Shown here piece after piece: positions 14,101-25,600 of a stretch of 64,000 bases of DNA. The stretch comes from Strigamia acuminata (taxonomy: Eukaryota). A model generated the notes under the pieces. The model worked only from the letters and a program-made list of their open reading frames with translations. It was not told the origin of the DNA and ran no database searches. The translations under genes were made by a program, and so were the position numbers. Location of the stretch: contig OX442314.1 in NCBI GenBank assembly GCA_949358305.1, positions 7,750,001 through 7,814,000 on the forward strand. Reading direction: 5' to 3'. The stretch's first letter is position 1. Each line of letters begins with the position of its first letter.

Positions 14101-14325
14101 CAAAAAATTATTTAAAAAAACAATAATAATAATTAATTGAAAACATAAATAGTTAAAAACTGACCATTTCCTTCCCTAAAATAAAATATTTCGGCAGTGT
14201 TTACCATATTTTTTTCCTAAGAAAAACCGGTACCGAATACCGAACTAAAGACGGTATTTGGTATTCGGTATTTCTTTAAAAAATACCGGTTTTTGATACC
14301 GGTAAATACCGGTAGAGAAGACCTA

Positions 14326-14391
<66 letters not shown>

Positions 14392-17300
14392 ATTAATTTT
14401 TACTTTTCAAATGTTTTCAGAAAAATCATTCGACATAAATGCTGTGCTGTCAATTTTTTTTTTAAACCTCTTGGCTTCAAAAGTATGTGACCAGCATCTA
14501 AAGGTACGATCAACAAAATTTAATACTTAATAGGGCCTCCTTTAAAAAATTTCACAAACATGGAAAGAATTGAAGTCCATTTACTGTACATAACATCATC
14601 GATTTGAAATGAAGCTTCATTTGGCGCAGTTCCCCTCCCTAAAATAAGTGCACTCACTTAATCCTTTTTTACAAAGTGGGTCACTGAGTAGTGATCCTGG
14701 TGACCAAACATTGTCACCACAAAAACCCCCAATTTCAAATTCTCTTTTTTAAACGCCAGTTTTAACATAGTGAAACACCATGAAAGTTATGGTGTACTGT
14801 ATTGTGGGGTGCTGTCCGAACGGCGAATCGCCTAAGGGCGAATTTCGCCATAGTGATTAATGGCAAAAAAATAAATTTTTTCCCCAAAAATATTTCCAAT
14901 GGCGAATTTGCACACATTCGCCATTGGAAATGACCAAACAGGTTTCCAATGACGAATCGGTGTAAAATTAAACCGATTCGCCATTGGAAATGACCAAACA
15001 CGTTTCTGATTTATTTTGGGGTTTTAACTGCTGGATAATTGCGTGTTTTGACGTTTAATGCTTCGAAAAGTATTTATAAACATACACAACAAGTCTCATA
15101 AAAATTTTTTTTACCCAATTACAAACACAAAACACCAACAAAATGTATTTTTTTTAAACATTTAAAACTGCACTTTTAAAAATCAAACCAATTAAAAACA
15201 AAACGTAGTCTGTAAAAACATGAAAAATTACACTTTAATCAGGTGTAACGCAATTAAAACGTAATAAAACTCACAAAACCCAAACAACATTTTTTGAAAC
15301 AAGAAAATGACACTTTAAACCATTTAAAACGCAATTAAAACAACAAAACCGGTAAAAAGTAAAACATTACACTTTGAAGTAACAAAAACACATTTAAAAC
15401 GTATTTCAAACGTCCTAAAACAGCACAAAAACACGAAAATCACACAGAAAACCAATCAAAACGAAATTAAAACAACAAAACACAAACAAAACGTCTAAAA
15501 AATGAAACATTAGACTTTAAAATAATTAAAACACATTTAAAACGTACTGAAACAGCACAAAAACATGAAAATCACACAGGAAACCAATCAAAACGAAATT
15601 AAAACAAACAAAACGTTTAAAAAAAATGAAACATTACACTTTCCACTAACCAAAACATACCAAAACCCAAAAACAGCCTCCAAAACACACTTAAAACGCA
15701 ATCAAAACATAACCAATTGCCAAAAACCAAAGCAAACGTCAATCAAACCACTTCATTCCCATCTGCCAACATTTCCTTTTCAAAACCAAACCGGAAATAC
15801 ATAATAAACATGTGATATATAGTCGGATCTCAAAGGTTTCTGATGGCGAATTGGTCAACATTAAAACCAATTCGCCATTAGAAAGGTCCAATTACATTTC
15901 TAATGGCGAATTTTCCTAGATTCGCCATTGGAAATGTAAGAATAGGTTTCCAAGGGCGAATCTCAAAAATTCGCCCTTAGGCGATTCGCCGTTCGGACTG
16001 GTACTCTGTATTGTACCCCGGCCTGAACATTTTGTCATTTATGCTCTTACACATACAACTAATTTTAAATTATAATATTATTCAGTTTTTCCTAACTGAT
16101 CTGGAAGAAGAAGTTAATATTTTGGCACCTTTGGCTTTAAACTATGGATGGGCAGGTGTTCTGATGCTTAAAGCATTTAAGGTAATAAATTAAATGAATC
16201 AAACATACATGTTTTTATGCTAACTTACTTTGTTTGTATGTAATAGACTATACAAATAAATACGAAGCTTAATCCATGTGAGAAAAACAAAAATGCTTAT
16301 TTCAAGTGTAAAAATGCTTGCATCCAAAACAATTTATTCTTAACTGTCAACTGCAGGTAAATTTATTCACTTTTTTAACATCTCAATTCTGGTGTTGTTC
16401 AGTTTGCAATAGTCTATATAAATTTACAGAACACACAGTAAGTCCTTTTTTGTGCACCCGTGCACTATTGGCAGAATGAAGCCCATGCACATGCTATACC
16501 TTTTTAAAGACTTTTATTTAACTTGACATGAATGTTTGTGTTTCAACTTCCAGCGTTGCTAGGTAAATCCCATTAATATTTCGATCAATAAACTGATATG
16601 TCGCTAAGACGTTCCGGTCGCTATACCGGTTTGTCTCTAAAACGTACCGGTGAATTCGGTACATATGGTTTTTTAGTCGCTAACGTGTATGTGGCTAAAA
16701 TGTACCATTTTTACTAAAAATCGCTATACCGACAGTCGCTAAAGTGATCGCTGCCGACCGTTGTTTGTTGCTTTTAACATACTCAGTGAGTTTCCCTCAC
16801 CTATTTGAAGGTTAAATCTGAGTCGTTTATATTTCTTTTTAACACACATTTAACCCCACGTAATCAATGGATCTTCTAAACTGAAATAGTAGTTGTCATC
16901 CAACGAGAAGGGAATTTCTCACTACCCAATGCCCGCGTCGAAAGGTAGCTCTATTCAGGATTCTCCCATGTACATGGACCCAATTGCGACTAGTTTGCAC
17001 GCGTAAATGTTATTTAGCTCTGACTGAAAATTTGGATTTTGTGACAAAGCCTTTTTCCAAAAACTTAGTTTTTTATACATACTTGTTTAAAAAATATCGA
17101 GTCTTTTCAGCATAAAAGCTACCAGCATTCACAAAACTGTCGTTTGTTTCAGATTACCTTATGTAGAGAAACTGGATTTGCCACCTTGTAATACATCAAA
17201 AGAAATTAATACCGCACATTTAATGTATTTAAAGAATTATAACTCAAATCAAAAACAATGCAAATGTAAACGACTTTGCGAAAATAGTTTTAACAAAATT

Positions 17301-17546
17301 AATTTCTATGAAGGTAAATTAATGGTGGATTACCTCACCACAATGATGATAAAATTCCCTGACACTTTCTTCGAGAGTATAGAAGAGCAACAGGCATATC
17401 CCTTATCTCAATTGCTAAGCCATGTCGGGGGCATTGTGGGATTAGGTTTGGGAACGTCGTTTCTGTCTTTCTACATTTTCAGTTTAAACACTTACATTTG
17501 GTATAAGAATAAGAACTTTTTGATGTGGTTCCAAAAGAAGAAATAA
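8174..17546 (+). CDS. DEG/ENaC tandem-domain (two-subunit, four-TM) channel gene B, ~792 aa
   Basis: Exons 8174-8641, 8716-8794, 8857-8948, 9010-9102, 10450-10556, 10610-11381 (weak donor), 12395-12479, 14421-14503, 16086-16181, 16247-16356 and 17153-17546 join in frame. TM1 RRIFWLFLFLF...YLSYPT; TM2 SDLGGNLGLFLGLAVISLPE; second TM1 plus FRSITLC; second TM2 SHVGGIVGLGLGTS. Confidence 0.8.
9122..10091. mobile_element. Non-autonomous pogo/Tigger-like element in gene B intron 4
   Basis: TIR ccgtaaagcggggtgactttg ... caaagtcaccccgctttacgg, TA on both sides, internal ggggtgactt repeats. Confidence 0.85.
10098..10399. mobile_element. MITE (possibly PIF/Harbinger-like)
   Basis: Inverted termini tactacgtttacatgcac ... 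gtgcatgtaaacatagta plus internal inverted matches (aaatattttgagtgatga / tcatctcactcaaaatatt). Confidence 0.6.
11393..12156. mobile_element. Foldback Tc1/mariner-type MITE with long (~300 bp) TIRs
   Basis: cagggtggttcaaaaagtctggttcacag ... ctgtgaaccagactttttgaaccaccctg with TA TSD. The mirror-image ORFs 11402-11611(-) and 11938-12147(+) are near-identical. Confidence 0.9.
13641..14090 (-). mobile_element. Possible solo LTR
   Basis: Minus strand begins TG and ends ...gaggtcaca, with TATA-like ctataaaag and AATAAA in LTR order, and is GC-richer than the flanks. No TSD found. A similar block lies at ~12982-13520. Confidence 0.35.
14327..14388. repeat. (TG)n microsatellite
   Basis: About 31 TG units just upstream of gene B exon 8. 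Confidence 0.95.
14806..16005. mobile_element. Non-autonomous Mutator-like element in gene B intron 8
   Basis: TIR gtccgaacggcgaatcgcctaagggcgaattt and its inverse at ~15967-15998; 9-bp TSD ctgtattgt (14797-14805 and 16006-16014). The paralogous gene A intron (~2450) shows the empty site. Confidence 0.85.
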
Positions 17547-20500
17547 AATATGAATTTGTTAAAGCTATCCATTCGCAAAACTATTTTAAATCTTTTTCAC
17601 AATTGCACAAATTTGCTATTTGAATTTTCTTTTAAAAATAAAAAAGAAAACAAAAAATTAATTTTTCTGCTGCTCTATACACTCACATTTTGTATTTTGG
17701 TTCCATAATGAAAACATATTTTATATTAGAAATATAACATAGTAGATATTAAAGTTACATTTTTAACTAAAATACAACATTATGATGAAAAAATGTTATT
17801 TCAATGTTGTGATTATCTCAGTTGATCATAATTCATGATTTAATTCTTGTTAGAAATTAATGTTATTAAAAATACCAACCGTATTAACCTTTTAAAAATA
17901 TACAATTGTATTTCCCTGCACTATGCGATTTGTTATTACCCACAGGTGATTTAAATGTATTTTTGAATTAATAATGCAATAAATAATTACAAGTATCAGC
18001 CAGAATAGACCCGGTTATTTGGGAAAAACTTTCAAAATTTTAGTCATTTAAACAGTCTGATAATTTTACCGTAATTGGTCAAACCTTACCTTACAGCAAG
18101 ACGAAAAGTAAAACCAGAAATAATAAACTCCTGACGGAGCAGCAACTTGGCAATAACATCAAGCTCGAAAGACGCCAAAACCGAACGATGGAATTAATAT
18201 TGAACCTGAAACAAGAAATACAAATCAGTTACTTGGTTAAATGAAAATATGCAACGGTAAACAAACTCGAGGTTTTGTTGGCGCTTTGTCCGCCATCCTT
18301 GCACTGGGTGAGCGCTTTGATTAGATTTTTCGCTGTCAACCTTTGACCGTCAGATCTTCGATTTGTATTTGAAATTCGACTCGAGTTTAAACCTTGTGCT
18401 AGCATGGTGCTAAATATAAATAAATACCCCGCCACTCGTACAATTATCGCCCAAAATCGCAAGATTTTTAGTTTTAAAACACTACACACAACAGTATCGT
18501 GCACGGGTGGCGTCTGGTGGCGGACTTTGATATTTATATTTAGATTGCAAAAAGCAAAATATACATTTTTTTTAATGTTTGATTCCCATCCACTGCAGTC
18601 AAATTTTCGAGTTTTCGGCAGAATTTGATAAAGTTAAAAAATTGTTCGGTGTTTAAATTTTAATTCTAATATTTTTCAAAGTTGTATTTAATTCTGCTTA
18701 TTGTCATGTGGTGGCGCTTATGAAACTGCAAAAAAGAAATGAACCATTTTTCGTAATTTTCGAAGAAATAAATTTCGAAAAAGTGAATGAAAACCATTAA
18801 TAATTTATTTTCCCCGAAATCCAATTAACTTGTGCATGTTAGACACAATGGGACATTCTAGTTACGCCAAAGCGTACACAGTGTCTGATCAAATTTTCTA
18901 AACACTACATTCACTGTGAATAATTATATTTCGAGCAAAATCTAATTAATCCTTTCTTTTACTAACTGAAAACACGTTAATAGGAAATTTATTAATAATC
19001 ATCGTACAAAGAGTTACTATAAGTTTACGCAGTACTTACGTGTTGATTACAAGACACTAATTGGCCTTTTAGGGACTTACAAACCATATTTTGAATTCTG
19101 TACGTAGAAGTAAATCCAAAAACCTGGTAAACCCATGTCCAACAACATTTGGCTTAAAGCAGGGTAATATGGTGTGCAATTTTCTCAGGCGACAAATTAT
19201 GCACCCCGCCGCACCCCATCTTTGACTCATTTTACCCCCAAGAATAACTTAGAGACCCCAACTCAAAAACTCCACAAAAAGCTATTGTTCTCCATCGAAG
19301 GGACAAGACGTGTTCCGGGCCATTGTGAACCAGGGCTAGCCTGCCTTGTGTGAACTCTGCACTCCTCACCATTCACCACGACGAAGTTCAGTGTCATGGC
19401 GTTCTCCATAATCCATCCTCCATGAGTGGCTGCATGGGTCAGAAGTGAGTACGACATGAATGTTATGTTGAACCGACCAGGTCACCCATGGGGTTCACGC
19501 CCTGTGTATGACGGGTCGATGGTTGGTGCGGTGTGCCTATCTGGCACTCCCGCAACGGCTGACGGATTCCCCATACTCCTAGACAACAAGTATTAAAGGT
19601 CAACAACGGATAATAGGGAGTCTTAGTCATTTTTTCGTGAGTATGCGTCCACACCAGGATAACCAGTCTCCGGGTTACCTTGGCGAAGACCATACCAGTC
19701 ACACATTTACATAGTGGGTCACTAAAGTGAACCTGGCGACCAAACATGGTGTCACCTCCAATTCCCCCTTACGATGCGTTCATTTAAAAGACAGTTTTAA
19801 CAGTACTTAAATCGAGTAAGTACGTACTGTACATATCCAAGGAGTCCATAACAACCCAGACAACTGCCAAACGGACCTAAATGAGGATTGTAAAATGCCA
19901 GTGTTAGAATTTCATAAAAGCGGATGACACAGAGGCAGGCATCACAACTGAAAATATAATATTTTTACAAATCAAATTAATAAAAAATTGAATATTTTCA
20001 ACTTACCAGACCTCTGCGGGTTAAAAAAATCAGTTGGTAGTAAATATCGTTTGCAATAAATAAACATGATTGGTTATAAATTTATTTTCCTCGATGATGG
20101 AGGGGTCTTCAATTATACTTTGCAACATTCGAGAACCATAGATACTTGGAATATGAATGATTACCCATGTTATTCGCGTGATAAGGGCATTCATGGTCTA
20201 CAAAGATTAAAATAAAAAATAATACACCAACTCATACAAATCATACACCAATAAACAGTGCTCTTCCTTTATCCAATTGTCAAAACAATGGATTAAACTC
20301 GTTGTGCGGACCTTCTCAGATACGGTACTTAATAGTCGAACATTTTTTTTTTTTCTAATAGAAAATTAAAATAAAAACAAAAAATAACTATTCTCTGAGG
20401 TAACTATTCTGAGGTACCCTCGAGCCCCCCATCGCGCCCACCAGGGGCCCCGAGTGCGGTCCGGTCCAATCGGTCGTCTGGTGCACCATGAACTCGTGCG

Positions 20501-21959
20501 ATCGCCAAGCAAGAACGATGCAACAGTCTATCGAGTCATCTATTTTGAACTCCATTTTGTACCTCAAATGGAAGAAAACTAAAACTATATTAAAATTATA
20601 TTAAACTAATATTGCAGTATTTTGACATTTGCGACGGATTATTTTCTTGCTCGAAAATTTTCGATTGTTTAGAATTATTTTTATTGATTGAACAGTTTTC
20701 TAATTTCTGGACAAATCGTGTTCATTGATATAATTTCTCAACTTACTGTTAATGTTGTCCCATCGATGTACTTTTTTCGTGATTAGCGAAGATTCAGTGC
20801 TCGGACAATCGTCGCCGACCTGGTTCGATAGTGCAGAAAAAACCGGAAGCGGAAGTTTGAGACAAATATAATCTCGTACTCAAATTAATACATCTAAAAT
20901 ATTTTTACGTTTCGACATGGCGATTTCGGGTTAAAATTTAATGAAATCTAATTTCTTCAGCGATATTTATGTGTATTTATGACGAAACGACCGATGAAAT
21001 ATCAAATCGGCGACGAAATGACCCATCGGCGACGAAAAGACCGGCTACGAAATGACCGTACCAGAATTCGAAAACAAAAAGGGCCAACGCCGAAAACTGC
21101 GATCGTTTCGTCGCCACTTACGGCGACGAAACGATCGCCTACAAAACGTAGGCGACGAAATGATCCGCCTCGTGTATTTGTCGTGTCATAATTTAATTTT
21201 AAGAAAATTAGTGAATTATAAATTCGGTGGCAAATTATAGGCACCATGCAACATTTAGTTTACAACTAGAAACATGTAGTTTCTATTCCATTTGTGGTAT
21301 ATTTCAATTTCTCTATTAAACGGAGATTTGAAATAAACCTTTTCCAATTCCAATACAATATTTTATATAATTTATATAATTTATATAAATATAATTTATG
21401 GACGGCCCCTTAGCCTAATTCCATCTTTATTAATTCATTGTAATAAATTATTGTGTTCTTTTTATTTTACTTACCTTACCTGTTGTAGTTATCTAATCGT
21501 TTATCCCTAGACATTTCAGCCAGTATAGAGAGTAAGTCTAACTTAGCATCTCAACTGTGGTTATAAGTTATTTGTTAATATACCCGGATCGCAGCAGCAC
21601 ACTGCAAGGAATAAAATGCTCTTGGAAGTGGATATCGTGGATGGAGGCCAGCGTGGCCAAAGAACAGCGTTGACGGAGGCCGGAAATGGTAAAAAAAAAA
21701 CACAAAAAAAGGTACTGAATTTTAGTTGAAATAAATTGTCCCATCTTCTTCTCATCAATTGATGTGTTTCTAGCTTGTATTTGTATGGTTACAGTTGGAT
21801 GCAGTGGGATGTAAAATGTATGGAGTCAGGAAAGTGACCAGTCGCTTGTAGGAAATTTGCATGAATGCTTTATTCAAAGAAAAACATAGGTGGCGCTACG
21901 CAAGGGCAGCGTCACAAATTATCGATCAAAGAAAATGGAGTGCCAAACACTCCAACAAC

Positions 21960-22260
21960 AACAGACATAAAAAAATTAAAAAGACATAAAAAGACAAAAT
22001 TACAAAAATGACAAATATGACATAAAAGTGACATAAAGAGACATAAAAAAGACATAAAAGAGACATAAAGGAGACATAAAACACACATAAAAATGATATA
22101 AAAATGACATAAAAAGGACATAAAAAGACAAAATTACAAAAATGACAAATATGACATAAAAGTGACATAAAGAGACATAAAAAAGACATAAAAGAGACAT
22201 AAAAAAGACATAAAAGAGACATAAAAATGAGATAAAAATGAGATAAAAATGACATAAAAA
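21960..22260. repeat. Low-complexity gacataaaa minisatellite with ~115-bp higher-order duplication
   Basis: Repeated gacataaaa(a/g) units read directly. Confidence 0.85.
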
Positions 22261-22635
22261 AACAATTTATTGTACAAACGCACAACTTAAACTTATATAC
22301 GCTGTCATTAAACAGGAAAGACATCATGTTGTATATGTACCAATTTTGGTCAACAAAGTATTAAAATGAAAAATAAACATGTTCATTTTTATGATAAATG
22401 ATGATTTATGACAACTACAAATTCGATCAGGGAAATAAGAATTTATTACAGTCATCAAATAAAGAACAGTTGATTCTGAACTGAGCGTGGTCAGAACCGA
22501 CTGCTCTGCACTGGCAGACACCAAATTAACTTTCCTTCATCTTCATAATTGTTGTTTCCAATACATCAATTGCCCTTATAAAAACTTTGCTAGAACCAGT
22601 TTGAAATCCATATACAGCATATACAGTAAGATACG

Positions 22636-25600
22636 ATGCGGAATAATTATTTCATGAGAAGAAACAGGCAAAGAGTAAGAAAACAACTACGTTCTGCAAT
22701 TCACCGATTATTGAAGGATGATGCAAATAAACTGCGATGCAACATAATCGGCTTTGATGACTTCGTCAATAGCAAACATCGTAGGAATAAGCGTCATGTG
22801 TTTTGGCTTCTTTTATTTTTATTTTGCACGTGCATGCTCACTTATCAGACTTACGACAGGATAATGCATTACTTAAGTTATCCTACGGCTGTCGACGTGA
22901 CCAGCAGATCAGAAGATGTCATTCTACCTAACTTTGAGATTTGTAGTACCAATACGAAAGAAATGGCCAGACTTTGGAATAAAACTTATGCAAAAATCCA
23001 ACCGGACTGCTTTAACATGTTAAAAACTCTGATGGCGAATCCAACACACAAAATAGAAGAACTTTGGCAAGCGACTAATTTGACGAAAGAAATAATGAGC
23101 ACAAAAATAAAGGTAAAAGAAACAAATGTTTTTTAAAATTTATGACAATTAAATATTCAAAGAGGCACTGTACACTAGGAGAAATAATAGGGTTAAAAAA
23201 GTGTAAACGTATCAAATACATTGTGAGCGATTGCTCCTCCTGGCGGTCAGTGAGTTAAATAGGAAATTCGCAAGATGGATCTTGGATCTCCAGGAGTTCG
23301 ACTTTGTGATTAAACACAAGCCCGGGAAATTGAATGTCGTGGCCGATGCTTTATCGCGAGCAGGAGCCTCGGATAAGCCCGGAGTTCTGATTGCTGCGAC
23401 ACTCATTGTGGGTGGGGACAAGTTGAAGGCTCAACAAGATCGAGACTTGGGCTGTTCAAAACTTTTGGATAATTTGGGGACTAAGTTTGGAGTCAGAAGA
23501 GGTGTGCTGTGCAAGAAAAAGCTATTTAGGGGGAAAGAGATTTGGAGGATTGTAGTTCCAGAGCGGATGAGGGTTCAGGTGATGAGGGAGGCTCACGTAA
23601 AAGGGGGACATTGTGATTCTTTTAAAACTAGGAGTCGTATTCAGCGGAGAAACTGGTGGGAGGGGCTGAGTAGGGATGTTAGAGATTTTGTTAAAAACTG
23701 TCTACAGTGTCAGTTGCACAACTATCGGACCAAGAAGGCGGACGGGCTGCTAAACCCACGAGAATTGCCACCTAGACCGTTTTATTCTATTGCTGTGGAT
23801 CATGGGGGCCCATACACCAACAGTTTTGGTTTTTCGCACGTGTTTGTTGCGGTGGACTGTTATTCGAGGTTTGTGATCGCGGTGCCGGTGAAAAACGTGT
23901 CCACAAAATCGACGGTGCGTGCTCTCGAGGACGGGGTGAGTCGTCGGTTCGGGATGCCACATCGAATAGTTTCGGACGAGGGGACAACTTTCATGTCTCG
24001 CGAGTTCGGGGAGTTTGCGCGCAAGAACGGCATCGTGTTGGAGGAGTCGCCACCGTACCACCACGCTTCAAACGGCTTGGCGGAACGCGAAGTCCAGAGC
24101 ATCGTGCAGAAGCTCAGGAAGTTGGGCGAAGCGGGGAGAAAATGGACGGAGGATCTAGAGAAAGCGATTTGGGCGATCAACACTAACGTCCAGTCCTCGC
24201 TAGGATTTTCTCCATTCGAATTGGTGCACAGTTTCGTACCATCGGAAAATCAGGAATCCAGTTGGCTGGAAGGTTTCGAGGAGGGAATTGATATCGAGGA
24301 AATGTGGCTGAAGCGAGAGGAGGCTGAAAAGAGTTTGGTTACTGCTCAGAGGGACCAGAAGAGAAGATTTGATCAAGGTCGGAAGACGGCGGAGTACGCT
24401 ATTGGGGACAGAGTGCTTTTTTCAAAGGGACCGCGTACAAGAAAATTTGATACTTTATTTTCGGGACCATATGAGATTACCAAGCAGATCGGCGAGGAGA
24501 TCTTTCTAAGATGGGAAGACTTGGAAGACACACGCTTCCCAACTGAAGAGGTTTTTCGAGCAGGACGTCCAGGAGGATCCAGAAGAGAACGACACGACAT
24601 CGGTCATTGACGCTTCGGAGGCGCGATATAATTTAAGAAATCGTTATGTAACTTGAGTTTTGTTGTCGAGGACGACAACCTGTTTGTGGGGGTCGTGTGA
24701 GCGATTGCTCCTCTTGGCGGTCAGTCTTGACCACGATTGGCTCTATTTGTTATCTTTAGTCATGATTGGCTCTTTTTGTAACTTTTGGAATTAAATCAGT
24801 CTAGTTTTGACAATCACCACAACTGGTTGTCTTTAATCATTCTCACATACATACACTGTCATCTGTTGATGGGAATTGTTTCTGTTGTGGCATTGTTGTT
24901 GTTGCCATCTATTGATAGGAATGGTTTTCCATTGTGGCATATGTTGTTGTTATTGTTGTTGCTGCATGGATGGTGTCCTCCTAAACGTAGTTTTATTTCT
25001 AAGCATAATTTATGGCCTTTATTTCTTGCAGAAATTTTCAAATTCAAATTTAGGGATTGTTCAGACGGAATCCTTCCACACATATGGGATATGCTCAACA
25101 TTTCAATTTCGTAACTATAGACAAACATTCAGAAGATCAGCACTATCTCTACGTATCATTTATTGTTACAGCACAAGCTTCTAGTAAATATTTAGTTGGA
25201 GAACTACTGACATTAACCATAAAAAAAATGTCTAACATATGCCCTAAAGCTTATTATAAGGTAATATTAATAAACAACACTTTTGACTATTATTGATTCT
25301 CTTTTTTGCACTTAGATTAACCTTGTTCCCTCTAATTTTGGAAGACACTTTGGTGTAACTGCATTTTTTCCCGGTGCAACACCAAAAATTTATTTGAGTT
25401 ATATGAAAGTACAATTTTACCCAAGAACTTAAAAATTACTATGTATGCATCATTTTATTCTGTTTTGAATTTTAGTTTATATTTCTTAATTCGCCTATAA
25501 ATCAATGCTCCAGTAAAGAGGATTACAGAGAATGCTACCAAAGTTGTCTATCGAAAATATTTAAAAAGCATCTAGAATGCAGGTAACAGTATATGAGATG

